DNA of 64,000 bases from a virus, in IMG/VR virus record IMGVR_UViG_3300007609_000008, positions 32,001 to 96,000 of that record; one strand, written 5' to 3'. Position numbers and translations under genes: made by a program. The notes under the pieces were generated by a model. The model had not been told where the DNA came from. It saw nothing but the letters and a program-made list of their open reading frames with translations, and did not search any database. Positions within the stretch are counted from its first letter, which is position 1. Each line of letters opens with the position of its first letter. Positions 16,629 to 26,326 of this stretch are shown here, one piece after another.

Positions 16629-18025
16629 TGACAGTACACAGTTACAATTTATTAGACTTAAAAGATGTCACTGAAGAATTGAATACAGTTGGTAAAGGCT
16701 TCTGTCTTGCCAAGTGGTATCATGTCAGTATGCATCTTCATACCGGACAGAATCATAGCTGCTATCATCCAGCTCCTCACAAGATTCCTCTAGACTTAGC
16801 GAAAGAAGACGCCAATGTTCTTCACAATAGTCCTTTCAAGAAAAAAGTACGCAAAGAAATGCTTGAAGGTGGAAGACCGGCAGAGTGTAGTTACTGCTGG
16901 AATGTTGAAGACCTGGGAGACGATCAAATATCAGATAGAATGCTTCGTTCATCTGAGCCTTGGGCATTGCCATTAATTCAAGAGACTAAAGATATTGATT
17001 GGCAAGCAGATGTTTATCCTCGCTATCTAGAACTAAACTTTAGTAATCGCTGTCAACTGAAATGTAGTTACTGTGCTCCTATGGCAAGCTCTAGTTGGTT
17101 AAAAGAAACTGAGAAGTGGGGCAACTGGCCCTTAGAAAATCGTATCAATGTTAGACAATACGATAATGACACCTTCAAAAACGAAGGCTCCATTTACGGC
17201 GAAGAAGACACAAACCCATACATCAAAATCTTTTGGGAGTGGTTCCCTGATGCATATCCACACTTACACACACTAAGATTTACTGGAGGTGAGCCTTTAC
17301 TTAGTCCTAACGTATTTAAGGTTCTCGACTATGTTGGCGCCAATCCTAAACCAGACTTAGAGTTTGCTGTAAACAGTAACATGATGATTCCAGAAAGAAA
17401 CATTATTCGTTTTATTCAGACAGCAAATGATTTGACTGTGAACAATAAAATTAAAGGATACTCGCTGTTTACTAGTGTTGATACTTGGGGCAAACAAGCA
17501 GAATGGATTCGTAACGGACTCGAAATAAAAAAATATGAAAGTAATCTTCACTACTACATGGAACATTCTGAATCAAAGTATTTCAGTTTTATGGTGACTT
17601 TCTGTTTGCTTGCTATTCCTAACTTTACTGAGTTTTTAGACAAGGTGTTAGAGTTTAGAGAAAAATATAATGTAGATGACAGTTATCAGCGTGTTAATTT
17701 TGATACCCCGTATACTATTGAACCGCCTCATCTGACTGCTCGTATTGCTGATGATTGGATGATCGAACGATTAGAATATACTTGTAATTACTTAGAAGAA
17801 AGAGTAGACGATAGTGATATCAAAATGTTCTCATCTGTTGAACATAAGAAACTGTTACGTGTTCTTGAATGGGTAAAACAAAACAGATATGAGGGCGAAG
17901 AGCTTGCTATGAATAGAAGAGATTTCGCTAAGTTTGTAGACGAGCATGACAGAAGAAGAGGCACAGATTTCCATGCTGCCTTTCCTGAACTAAGAAATTT
18001 TTACGATATGTGTAAGGAGTCATAA
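16628..18025 (+). CDS. radical SAM protein 3 (subfamily A)
   Basis: CQLKCSYC and FTGGEP; FCLAKW...SCYHP...CSYCW. Confidence 0.92.
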   Translation: MTVHSYNLLDLKDVTEELNTVGKGFCLAKWYHVSMHLHTGQNHSCYHPAPHKIPLDLAKEDANVLHNSPFKKKVRKEMLEGGRPAECSYCWNVEDLGDDQISDRMLRSSEPWALPLIQETKDIDWQADVYPRYLELNFSNRCQLKCSYCAPMASSSWLKETEKWGNWPLENRINVRQYDNDTFKNEGSIYGEEDTNPYIKIFWEWFPDAYPHLHTLRFTGGEPLLSPNVFKVLDYVGANPKPDLEFAVNSNMMIPERNIIRFIQTANDLTVNNKIKGYSLFTSVDTWGKQAEWIRNGLEIKKYESNLHYYMEHSESKYFSFMVTFCLLAIPNFTEFLDKVLEFREKYNVDDSYQRVNFDTPYTIEPPHLTARIADDWMIERLEYTCNYLEERVDDSDIKMFSSVEHKKLLRVLEWVKQNRYEGEELAMNRRDFAKFVDEHDRRRGTDFHAAFPELRNFYDMCKES

Positions 18026-18687
18026 TGAATATAGTTATTGTAGGACCTGGAAATGATCCAAAAAGATTTGGAACACACTTTGTCAATCTTTGTGAAAGTA
18101 AAGGACATTCTGTCACTAAGTTTTCATATAGACTAGAAAATGAATCATTTGAAGATGTAGTAGAAAGATATAAAACAGAAATTTCACATCTAGACAGGGT
18201 AGATCTTTTTTTATATAACTCTATTGGTGGATTTTATCCAGGTCAAGCCTTTCACTATCACACCGGTCATGAAGTAGAATACAAGAGATGGCAAGAAGGT
18301 ATTATGATAAATGGTGCAATGCCTCATGCATTATCTCTTAAGACTCTTGAAAAAATGGATGAGCAATCTTCAATAGTTTTCATGACATCTTCTGGCTCAT
18401 ATCTAGTCAATAGAGACAACTACTTAGAGCTTGCTGGCTACTTTGGAACAAAAGGTGCATTAAATCATCTATCAAGAGCACTCGCTGAATGTAATGATGC
18501 TGGTGCTAAAGTTTGTATCATGGCTCCTCATATTCCGTACGATGATGGTGATGATGAAATAACAGAAAGAATAATGAATATACTCACAGAAAAAATGTTA
18601 AATATTTTACCTGAAGACAACGGCAAAGTATTACAATGCTTCCCTCCAGAAGGTAGGCTACATTATTATCCGCATGGTAAACACTAA
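18025..18687 (+). CDS. short-chain dehydrogenase/reductase-like protein
   Basis: N-terminal Rossmann strand IVIVGPG, VFMTSS, and YFGTK (YxxxK). Confidence 0.7.
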   Translation: MNIVIVGPGNDPKRFGTHFVNLCESKGHSVTKFSYRLENESFEDVVERYKTEISHLDRVDLFLYNSIGGFYPGQAFHYHTGHEVEYKRWQEGIMINGAMPHALSLKTLEKMDEQSSIVFMTSSGSYLVNRDNYLELAGYFGTKGALNHLSRALAECNDAGAKVCIMAPHIPYDDGDDEITERIMNILTEKMLNILPEDNGKVLQCFPPEGRLHYYPHGKH

Positions 18688-19949
18688 TGATAAGTAAAGA
18701 CAGCAAGTCGTTTTGTATTTTGCCCTTTGTGCATTCTCATCTAAACACAGAAGGAGATGTTTTCCCTTGTTGTATAAGCTGGGACGCTCAAAGGTCTACT
18801 CAAATAGGTTATTTGAAAGACAATACATTAGAAGAGCTTTTCAATAGTGATAAGATGAAACAGCTTCGTCTCGACCTTGCAGCAGGTAAGAGAAGACCTG
18901 ATTTTTGTGATGCATGTTACAAACGAGAAGACAACGGTTTTGTTAGTGCAAGGCACGGAAACAATTTAGATTATCTTGATGTTGAAGATGATATTGTTGC
19001 TAGTATGCACGAAGACGGATATCTAGAACCAATCATTAAAAGTTGGGACATAAGATTTAGCAATCTGTGCAATCTAAAATGTAGAACATGTGGTAGCGTA
19101 TATAGTACCACTTGGGCACAAGAAGATGCTAAATTTAATGGGTTTTCAGAGTATAAACAGATAAACTCAATACCAGAAGGGGATCCCGATCCTCTAGATA
19201 ATCAATACGATAATGTTGATAAAATTTACTTTGCAGGTGGCGAACCTCTTATCATGCCTGAGCATTTTCGTGTTCTACAGAAAATAATTGATAGTGGCAG
19301 AGCACATAAAGTAAAATTATTGTATAACACAAACATGACAAAATTAAATTATAATAAGCACGATCTTATTGAATACTGGAAAGAATTTAAAGTGGTCGTT
19401 CTTGGTGCCAGCATTGATGCAATGGGTGACAGAGCGGATTACATAAGAAATGGAGTTAAGTGGTCTAATATTGAGAAAAATTTAAAAACGCTTTCTGAAG
19501 CTATTAAAAAGTATCCTAATATTAACATTCACATGGCACCTACAGTAAGTATTCTTAATGTACATTCTCTTGCGGATACTCACAGGTATTTTGTAGAGAA
19601 TGAATACATACCTAGTACTTCTTCAATTGTGTTGAACATGCTTCTAGGCCCCACTTGGTTTGAAATACGCAACTTGCCAAATGTACTAAAAGAAGAAGTA
19701 AAAGAAAAATTAAGAGATCACATATCGTGGTTAATTGAAAAAGATACTCGTCAAGATGTTGTTGAAAGTTTTGAAAGCATTTTAACTTATATTGATAATG
19801 ATGCTTCGGAAACAGACGTAATGAAATTTGTGCAAGAGACGAGACGAGTAGATGCAAGAAGAGATCAAAATTTTCCTGATACTTTTCCTGAGTATGCTGA
19901 ATGGTGGGATTCTTTAGATAAATCTTTAATAAGCGTATCAAATATATGA
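18687..19949 (+). CDS. radical SAM protein 4 (subfamily B, twitch/SPASM-like N-terminus)
   Basis: CNLKCRTC and FAGGEP; FCILPF...PCC...CDACY. Confidence 0.92.
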   Translation: MISKDSKSFCILPFVHSHLNTEGDVFPCCISWDAQRSTQIGYLKDNTLEELFNSDKMKQLRLDLAAGKRRPDFCDACYKREDNGFVSARHGNNLDYLDVEDDIVASMHEDGYLEPIIKSWDIRFSNLCNLKCRTCGSVYSTTWAQEDAKFNGFSEYKQINSIPEGDPDPLDNQYDNVDKIYFAGGEPLIMPEHFRVLQKIIDSGRAHKVKLLYNTNMTKLNYNKHDLIEYWKEFKVVVLGASIDAMGDRADYIRNGVKWSNIEKNLKTLSEAIKKYPNINIHMAPTVSILNVHSLADTHRYFVENEYIPSTSSIVLNMLLGPTWFEIRNLPNVLKEEVKEKLRDHISWLIEKDTRQDVVESFESILTYIDNDASETDVMKFVQETRRVDARRDQNFPDTFPEYAEWWDSLDKSLISVSNI

Positions 19950-21244
19950 GTAATAAAATAGAAGAACCTTCAAAAACTTTTTGTGTCATGCCTTGGATAC
20001 ATTTACACGCTTGGCCAGAAGGAAAGGCTATGTTGTGCTGTAAAGCTCATGGCGGTGAAAACGGAGGAGACGTAGGCGACTTTTCTGTAAATACATATGA
20101 AGAAATAATGAACAGCGACAAGATGAAGCAAATTCGTCTTGATATGCTTGAAGGGAAGACGGTAGAGCAATGTATTGCCTGCACTAATGATGAAAAACTA
20201 GATAAGAAAAGTTTTAGACACGACATGAATAATTCTTATCGTGATTTGATTCCCTCGCTTTTGACAGATGACAAAACTTTATCTGACGGCACACTTACTG
20301 ATCCTAAGATGTATTATATGGATTTCAGATTTAGTAACTTGTGTAATTTAGGATGTCAAACATGTGGAAGTCCTCTAAGTAGTACAATTGCAAATAATCG
20401 CCCAAACAACGATAGCGAAAATGCATTCTTAAAGAAAAAAAATGTTTTGTCTGAAAGAGGCACAATTACTTCTTTTGTTTATGCTCGTCCAGATTTTTTT
20501 GAAGTCGATGTTTTGCCGCATATTGATACAGTAACTAATTTTTACTTTGCTGGTGGTGAACCCTTGATGCATCAAGAGCATCTTGATATTTTAAGATATA
20601 TGGATGACAATAAACTTTACGACAAGCATATAACTTACAGTACAAACTTATCTCTATTGAAATGGAAAGGAACAGATTTTCTTGATATATGGAAAAACTT
20701 TGACAACATTTTATTTTTTTGTAGTATTGACGGTGATAATGAAAGATTAGAATATATTAGAGAATTTTCAAAACATAAAGTAATATTTAATAATTTGAAA
20801 AAACTAATACAATTAAAAAAAGAAAATCCTCTTAAAAGATTTAAAATTTGCATTTGTTATACTCATAGCATTTATAATTGTTATTACACTAAAGAGTTTT
20901 TTGCTGCATTAATAAATGAAGGTGTGATAGAAGATTTAGATCATTTAGAATTTAATTATTCTTATGGCGAAAGAAATCATCCTGCGATTTTGCCAAATTT
21001 TGCAAAAAAAGAACTTATAGAGAAGAGACACGAAGATAGATCATCAGAAGAACTTCAAAAGGCTTTTTCTTTATTTCCTGATTTGAGACATTATTTTGAT
21101 AGCATCGATAATATCTTACATGAAACTATGCCTGCAAATGAGTTTGACAAATTGATCAGCCACGATCTTTTACCAAAAATAGATAAAATAAAAATTGCAC
21201 TTCCTTGGTTACACAGTGTAATTGATAGACACAGGGTATTATAA
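19946..21244 (+). CDS. radical SAM protein 5 (subfamily B)
   Basis: CNLGCQTC and FAGGEP; FCVMPW...LCC...CIAC. Confidence 0.92.
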   Translation: MSNKIEEPSKTFCVMPWIHLHAWPEGKAMLCCKAHGGENGGDVGDFSVNTYEEIMNSDKMKQIRLDMLEGKTVEQCIACTNDEKLDKKSFRHDMNNSYRDLIPSLLTDDKTLSDGTLTDPKMYYMDFRFSNLCNLGCQTCGSPLSSTIANNRPNNDSENAFLKKKNVLSERGTITSFVYARPDFFEVDVLPHIDTVTNFYFAGGEPLMHQEHLDILRYMDDNKLYDKHITYSTNLSLLKWKGTDFLDIWKNFDNILFFCSIDGDNERLEYIREFSKHKVIFNNLKKLIQLKKENPLKRFKICICYTHSIYNCYYTKEFFAALINEGVIEDLDHLEFNYSYGERNHPAILPNFAKKELIEKRHEDRSSEELQKAFSLFPDLRHYFDSIDNILHETMPANEFDKLISHDLLPKIDKIKIALPWLHSVIDRHRVL

Positions 21245-22458
21245 TGACCAGATGCGTCAACACAGATAAATCATTAAGATATACAAACAGTGGAGATGTA
21301 GCTCTTTGCTGTAAGAGTGAGTTATGGTTAAATGACGAGAACGGCAATAAGTGTAATATATCAACACATGATTTTAATGCGCCGCTCAATGGAAAACTAG
21401 CAACTGAAATTCGTAATGACCTGAACAACGGGGTCCGTCATGCAAATTGCAAAAAGTGTTGGGACGAAGAAGATGCAGGAATAGCAAGCAAAAGAATTCT
21501 TGACAACTCCAGAGCAGTAGATTACTGGGGCAAAGATTTTTTGACTGATGGCAAAATTGAGCCAGCCATTGTTGAATTGAACTTAGGAACACTGTGCAAT
21601 CTTAAGTGTAGGATCTGTGGTCCATGGTCAAGCAGTAACTGGGTAAATGAGCACTATGCTGTAAACACTTCGCCCGAAAAGCAAACAAGAGAAAACAAAA
21701 AAAAGTATATGCAGCAGGTGAAGCAATGGCAAGGCAATTTTGAAGATGACAGTCCTACTTGGAAAAACATAGAAGACAGTTTGCCTCATTTGAAACAAAT
21801 TGATATATATGGTGGCGAGCCATTCATGGTAGAAAAGCAATGGGAAGTATTGCAAAAAAGCATAGACAGGGGGTATAGTAAAGACCAGACCCTACACTTT
21901 AACACAAATACTACCATATACTCTGAGAAGCATGTTAAAATTTTGAAACAATTCAAAACAGTTCTTATTAGTCTTTCGTTAGATGACATAGAAGATAGAT
22001 TTGAGTTTCAGCGTCATCCAGCTAAATGGGATCTGGTATCCGAAAATATACAAAAATTTTTACAGTTAAATGCAGATAATGAAAATATAACTGTTGTTGC
22101 TTGTGTAACTATCAATAACTTGAATGTATATTACTTACCTGAAATACTAGAATATTATGATAGTATTGGTTTAGGGTATTATACTAATATTTTACACGGG
22201 CCACCACATTATAATATTAAAAACATTCCGCAAAATTTAAAAGAAGTTATTACTAATAAATATAAAGAAGACATGAAGACTTCTAATGAATATAAGACGG
22301 AAAGACTGCGACAGGTAATGGAATTTATGAATTCATTTATTACTACAAATAATGAATGGACAAATTTTATAGAGTATACTAAAAAGAAAGACGAATACAG
22401 AAAAGAAAACTTCAATGAGGTTTTTCCTGAGTGGAGCGATGTAATTGAAAATAACTAA
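21244..22458 (+). CDS. radical SAM protein 6 (subfamily B)
   Basis: CNLKCRIC and IYGGEP; RCVN...LCC...CKKCW. Confidence 0.92.
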   Translation: MTRCVNTDKSLRYTNSGDVALCCKSELWLNDENGNKCNISTHDFNAPLNGKLATEIRNDLNNGVRHANCKKCWDEEDAGIASKRILDNSRAVDYWGKDFLTDGKIEPAIVELNLGTLCNLKCRICGPWSSSNWVNEHYAVNTSPEKQTRENKKKYMQQVKQWQGNFEDDSPTWKNIEDSLPHLKQIDIYGGEPFMVEKQWEVLQKSIDRGYSKDQTLHFNTNTTIYSEKHVKILKQFKTVLISLSLDDIEDRFEFQRHPAKWDLVSENIQKFLQLNADNENITVVACVTINNLNVYYLPEILEYYDSIGLGYYTNILHGPPHYNIKNIPQNLKEVITNKYKEDMKTSNEYKTERLRQVMEFMNSFITTNNEWTNFIEYTKKKDEYRKENFNEVFPEWSDVIENN

Positions 22459-23053
22459 GCCGTTAGAGGGCGTAAGATATCAAAATACTACAGAAGAAAT
22501 GCCTATTTGGTTTTTTGAAGGAGTAGAACTTCCAGAAATTGATTTTGATTCTTTGAACTGGAAAAATTCACATGGCAGACAGTTATACGAGGACGATAGA
22601 TACAAAAAAAGAGAAGTTGCTGAATGGACTAGTAATAATAAAAATCCGGCAGCGATTGCAATTTTTAATGCAATAGAAAGTGTCGTGACAGAGATAGAAA
22701 AAAATTATCCAGCAGAAAACTTAGAATTGATTTGGCCAATTGATACATGGAAAAGATCCTCCTATGTAGATATCAAAAATGATCATGATGGATTTTGGAT
22801 GGGCGAGCATCTAGATAATAGAAATGTCAAGTGGACATGTATAATGAATTTAGAAGATAATGAAGATTCTACTAGATTTCACTTAGATTATTTTAACGAA
22901 GATGCGGTTGAAGGAAGAGAAAAAGAATTCTACGCACCTACGAAGAAAGGTAGCGGAGTTTTCTATTTCAATCATCATGCTTTATTACATAGCATAGGCC
23001 CGACTTCTGGTAAAGATAGATACATAGCATTTCAGATGAATTTGGTGAAATAA
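22445..23053 (+). CDS. 2OG-Fe(II) oxygenase-like protein
   Basis: EHLDN (HxD), distal HSIG His, then RYIAF Arg; TTG start. Confidence 0.7.
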   Translation: MKITKPLEGVRYQNTTEEMPIWFFEGVELPEIDFDSLNWKNSHGRQLYEDDRYKKREVAEWTSNNKNPAAIAIFNAIESVVTEIEKNYPAENLELIWPIDTWKRSSYVDIKNDHDGFWMGEHLDNRNVKWTCIMNLEDNEDSTRFHLDYFNEDAVEGREKEFYAPTKKGSGVFYFNHHALLHSIGPTSGKDRYIAFQMNLVK

Positions 23054-24279
23054 TGAGCAAGGATACAATCTGCACTCTTCCATGGAATGGCATTCACTTA
23101 AATGCTAATATAGGAGTTTGTTGCAACTCTCTTAGAGCACTCAATTCTAATAACGGAGAACTCAGTACGGCTGAAGACTTGTTGTCCCTAGAAGAAAACA
23201 ATGATTTAATTCAGCTAAAAAAAGATTTGCTCGCAGGCGTAAAAAATCCTATTTGTGATCGATGCTGGAATATGGAACCAAGTAGTTTCAGAAAAACATT
23301 TAACCAGTCTTATCCAGAAACTTATCAGAAAATATTAACAGAATCACCTGAAAGTCTTCCTCTAGAACATATTTTCATTTCAATAGGAAATACTTGCAAT
23401 CTAAATTGTAGAATGTGTGGTCCACATAGCAGCTCTATGATAACAAAAGAGTGGTCTGATCCTGAACGTCCTCATCCAGTTAGACCAAGCAATATAGGAA
23501 AATCTATTATTGCAACAGATTATGATAATACACGCTCTAGTCACTTGAGTAATCCTAATTTTATAGAATATGTAAAAAATAATTACAAAGAGCTAAAAAC
23601 AATTTATATCTATGGTGGAGAGCCATTTATTATAATTGAAGAACATCTAAATTTTTTACAACTTTTAGTTGATTTAGGCGTATCTAAAAATATAAAGTTA
23701 CAATATTCTACTAACGGAACTAACACAACGTTGAGAAGATTTATTGATCTTTGGAAAAATTTTAAAGAAATATCAATCTCTGTCAGTTGCGATGGTATGG
23801 AAGAAGTGTATGATTTTATTAGATGGCCTAGTACTTGGTCAAAGATGAAGAAGAGCTTAGATTATTATTATGATTTTAGTAACAAAAATGATAATATAGC
23901 ATTACATGTTGCTTGCACTCTGCAAATCGCAACTTTAGAGCAAATAAAAAAATTTGAAAATTTTCTAAAAACAACTTATCCAAAATTATCTGGAAGCTAT
24001 TATATACCGGTAGATTATCCTGAAGAGTTTTCTTTAAAATGTGTTCCACTGCCAGTGTTGAAGGAGTATAATAATGATCCAAACTTGTCAGAAAGAGTAC
24101 AATCTATAATAAAACAAACAATTGATTCGTATAATCATGAAGAAAGTTTTAAGTACTTTGACAATTTTTTAAAAACCGCAGAGTGGCAAGACAAATACAG
24201 AAATCAGAATGTATACGATTACTTGCCTCAGATAAAAAAATGGAAAAAGATTCATGAAGACGATCAAGTATCAAAATAA
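23053..24279 (+). CDS. radical SAM protein 7 (subfamily B)
   Basis: CNLNCRMC and IYGGEP; ICTLPW...VCC...CDRCW. Confidence 0.92.
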   Translation: MSKDTICTLPWNGIHLNANIGVCCNSLRALNSNNGELSTAEDLLSLEENNDLIQLKKDLLAGVKNPICDRCWNMEPSSFRKTFNQSYPETYQKILTESPESLPLEHIFISIGNTCNLNCRMCGPHSSSMITKEWSDPERPHPVRPSNIGKSIIATDYDNTRSSHLSNPNFIEYVKNNYKELKTIYIYGGEPFIIIEEHLNFLQLLVDLGVSKNIKLQYSTNGTNTTLRRFIDLWKNFKEISISVSCDGMEEVYDFIRWPSTWSKMKKSLDYYYDFSNKNDNIALHVACTLQIATLEQIKKFENFLKTTYPKLSGSYYIPVDYPEEFSLKCVPLPVLKEYNNDPNLSERVQSIIKQTIDSYNHEESFKYFDNFLKTAEWQDKYRNQNVYDYLPQIKKWKKIHEDDQVSK

Positions 24280-25120
24280 TGTAATCAGTTTTGATAAAAT
24301 TATTGGATTTGGTTGTAGCTATACTGCAGGAACTGAATTAGTAGATCATAGTGTTCTTAATATTAGTGCAGAAAAAAGCGATGAGTTAAAAAGAAAAATG
24401 CCTATAGCAGACTACTATGGTGAAATTTCATCCAAGTTTGCAATTGGAGGGCTGTCTTCAGTTTTCGATCTACAAAAAAAATATGCATACATTGCACATC
24501 TTGCAAAAAAGTTTGAAGTGCCTTGGGAAAATTATGCATATGGCGGAAGTAGTTTAGAATATGTTTGCTGGCTTCTAACAAAAAAGATTTATAACAAAGA
24601 AATTAGAGACACCGATTTAATTGTAATAGGAGTAACTTGTCCCAATAGGGCGTTCTATGTGAAGAACAAAGAAGAAGTTATGCACTTACAACTGTCTAGA
24701 AATGTAAGATGGCCAAATGATGAATTTTTTGAAGATTATCTGATGACTTTTGGCAACGAAGATACTACAATATGGAAATATTTTCATCAATTGCAGTATC
24801 TTTCTTCTTTAAATGAAAAGCTAAATAATCGTATTGTACTGTTGCCTATGTCATTTCCTTGTCATGAATGGGTTAAAATATTATTTAATAGAAGGGATCA
24901 AGATAGAAAAAAGGAAGAACAATATTATATCGATGAATTAAAATCTATTAGGGGTATGATGACTGACGATTTAGAGCCTCTAATGTTAGGCGCATTTGAA
25001 AACCAGACGGTGGGTAGAACAATTGCACCGGAGGATTTACATGGTTATGGTCACTGTAATATGAAAATTCATGAGCAGTATGCAGAAAGATTGTATAAAA
25101 AACTTACAGGAGAATCATAA
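24254..25120 (+). CDS. SGNH/GDSL hydrolase-like protein
   Basis: FGCSYTAG block I, YAYGGSS, and C-terminal YGHC..KIHEQYA. Confidence 0.6.
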   Translation: MKTIKYQNNVISFDKIIGFGCSYTAGTELVDHSVLNISAEKSDELKRKMPIADYYGEISSKFAIGGLSSVFDLQKKYAYIAHLAKKFEVPWENYAYGGSSLEYVCWLLTKKIYNKEIRDTDLIVIGVTCPNRAFYVKNKEEVMHLQLSRNVRWPNDEFFEDYLMTFGNEDTTIWKYFHQLQYLSSLNEKLNNRIVLLPMSFPCHEWVKILFNRRDQDRKKEEQYYIDELKSIRGMMTDDLEPLMLGAFENQTVGRTIAPEDLHGYGHCNMKIHEQYAERLYKKLTGES

Positions 25121-25224
25121 TGATCAAAAAAATAAAAGATTGGTATAAAGACTGGAAAAAGAAAAAAGAAATTAAAAAGAAACTTAAAAAATTAAGAGAA
25201 GAAGACCCTTTTATATATGACTAA
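25120..25224 (+). CDS. 34-aa Lys-rich peptide ending DPFIYD (not in ORF track)
   Basis: MIKKIKDWYKDWKKKKEIKKKLKKLREEDPFIYD*; TAATG overlap upstream, 8-nt overlap downstream. Confidence 0.8.
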   Translation: MIKKIKDWYKDWKKKKEIKKKLKKLREEDPFIYD

Positions 25225-26326
25225 ATTAGCTGATACTTTTTGCATTGTTCCTTGGATAGGCGCAGTAGTTGCTCCCGATAAGGAAAATTTAATTTGCTGT
25301 AGAGCTAATGATAAGCCCACTGAGTATACCTTAGATTCTGTAAATACTGAAACACATAAACATCTGAGAGATGCTTTGGGAAATGGAGTAAAGGATCCTA
25401 TTTGTAAGAGATGTTGGTCTGATGAAAAATCAGGAATAGAAAGTTATAGACAAAGTTATAATAAACACTACAAAGACCTCATTGCATCCGACTCATATTC
25501 TCCCGCTAAACTTAGATTTTTAGAACTGACTCCAAGTAATGTATGTAATCTTGCATGTAGAATGTGTTCTTCTAGATATTCCTCTAAAATTGTTGCAAGG
25601 GAAAAGTATCTTTCTGAACTTAATTTATTTCATGAAAGAGAAAAAGCTCACTTTACAGATTGGAGAAACTTAGATTTATCACACTTAGAAGAGCTGAAAC
25701 TAATGGGCGGTGAGCCTATGTATCTAAAAGAGCATCTTGAAATATTAGAGCACCTAGACACAATTGGTGTACTTGAAAATTTAAATTTGATGGTGATTAC
25801 AAATTGCACTCATTCGATAAATGAAAAATGGAAATATTTTTTAACAAAAGCCAGACGAGTTCATATTGCTATAAGCATTGACGCAGTTGGTAAATTAAAT
25901 GAATATATTAGACAATATTCAAATTGGAATGAAGTTGAAAAAAATCTGCATGAGATAAACGAATTTTCTTTGTCTTTAAAAGATGTTTGGCTCAGTGTAA
26001 ACTGTACAGTTGGAATTTATAATGTAAACAAAACAAAAGAATTTGAAGATTATATGAAAAAACGAAATATTCATTATTATTTTAATCCTTTAGTGTATCC
26101 TAATTATCAAAGTTTGCATTACTTATCTGAGGATCATAAAAATTATCTTTTGAATCATGAGAATGTATCAAAAAAATTACATCATGTTTTGCAAGAAAAA
26201 GAAACACATGTTGTTAGTGCAGAAAAATTCATGGAAGAGACAACCGCAGTCGATAAATTTTATAATAAATATCTAAAGGATTACAACGAGGAGATATATA
26301 ATTTATTATATATGAAAAGATTATGA
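25217..26326 (+). CDS. radical SAM protein 8 (subfamily B)
   Basis: CNLACRMC and LMGGEP; FCIVPW...ICC...CKRCW. Confidence 0.92.
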   Translation: MTKLADTFCIVPWIGAVVAPDKENLICCRANDKPTEYTLDSVNTETHKHLRDALGNGVKDPICKRCWSDEKSGIESYRQSYNKHYKDLIASDSYSPAKLRFLELTPSNVCNLACRMCSSRYSSKIVAREKYLSELNLFHEREKAHFTDWRNLDLSHLEELKLMGGEPMYLKEHLEILEHLDTIGVLENLNLMVITNCTHSINEKWKYFLTKARRVHIAISIDAVGKLNEYIRQYSNWNEVEKNLHEINEFSLSLKDVWLSVNCTVGIYNVNKTKEFEDYMKKRNIHYYFNPLVYPNYQSLHYLSEDHKNYLLNHENVSKKLHHVLQEKETHVVSAEKFMEETTAVDKFYNKYLKDYNEEIYNLLYMKRL

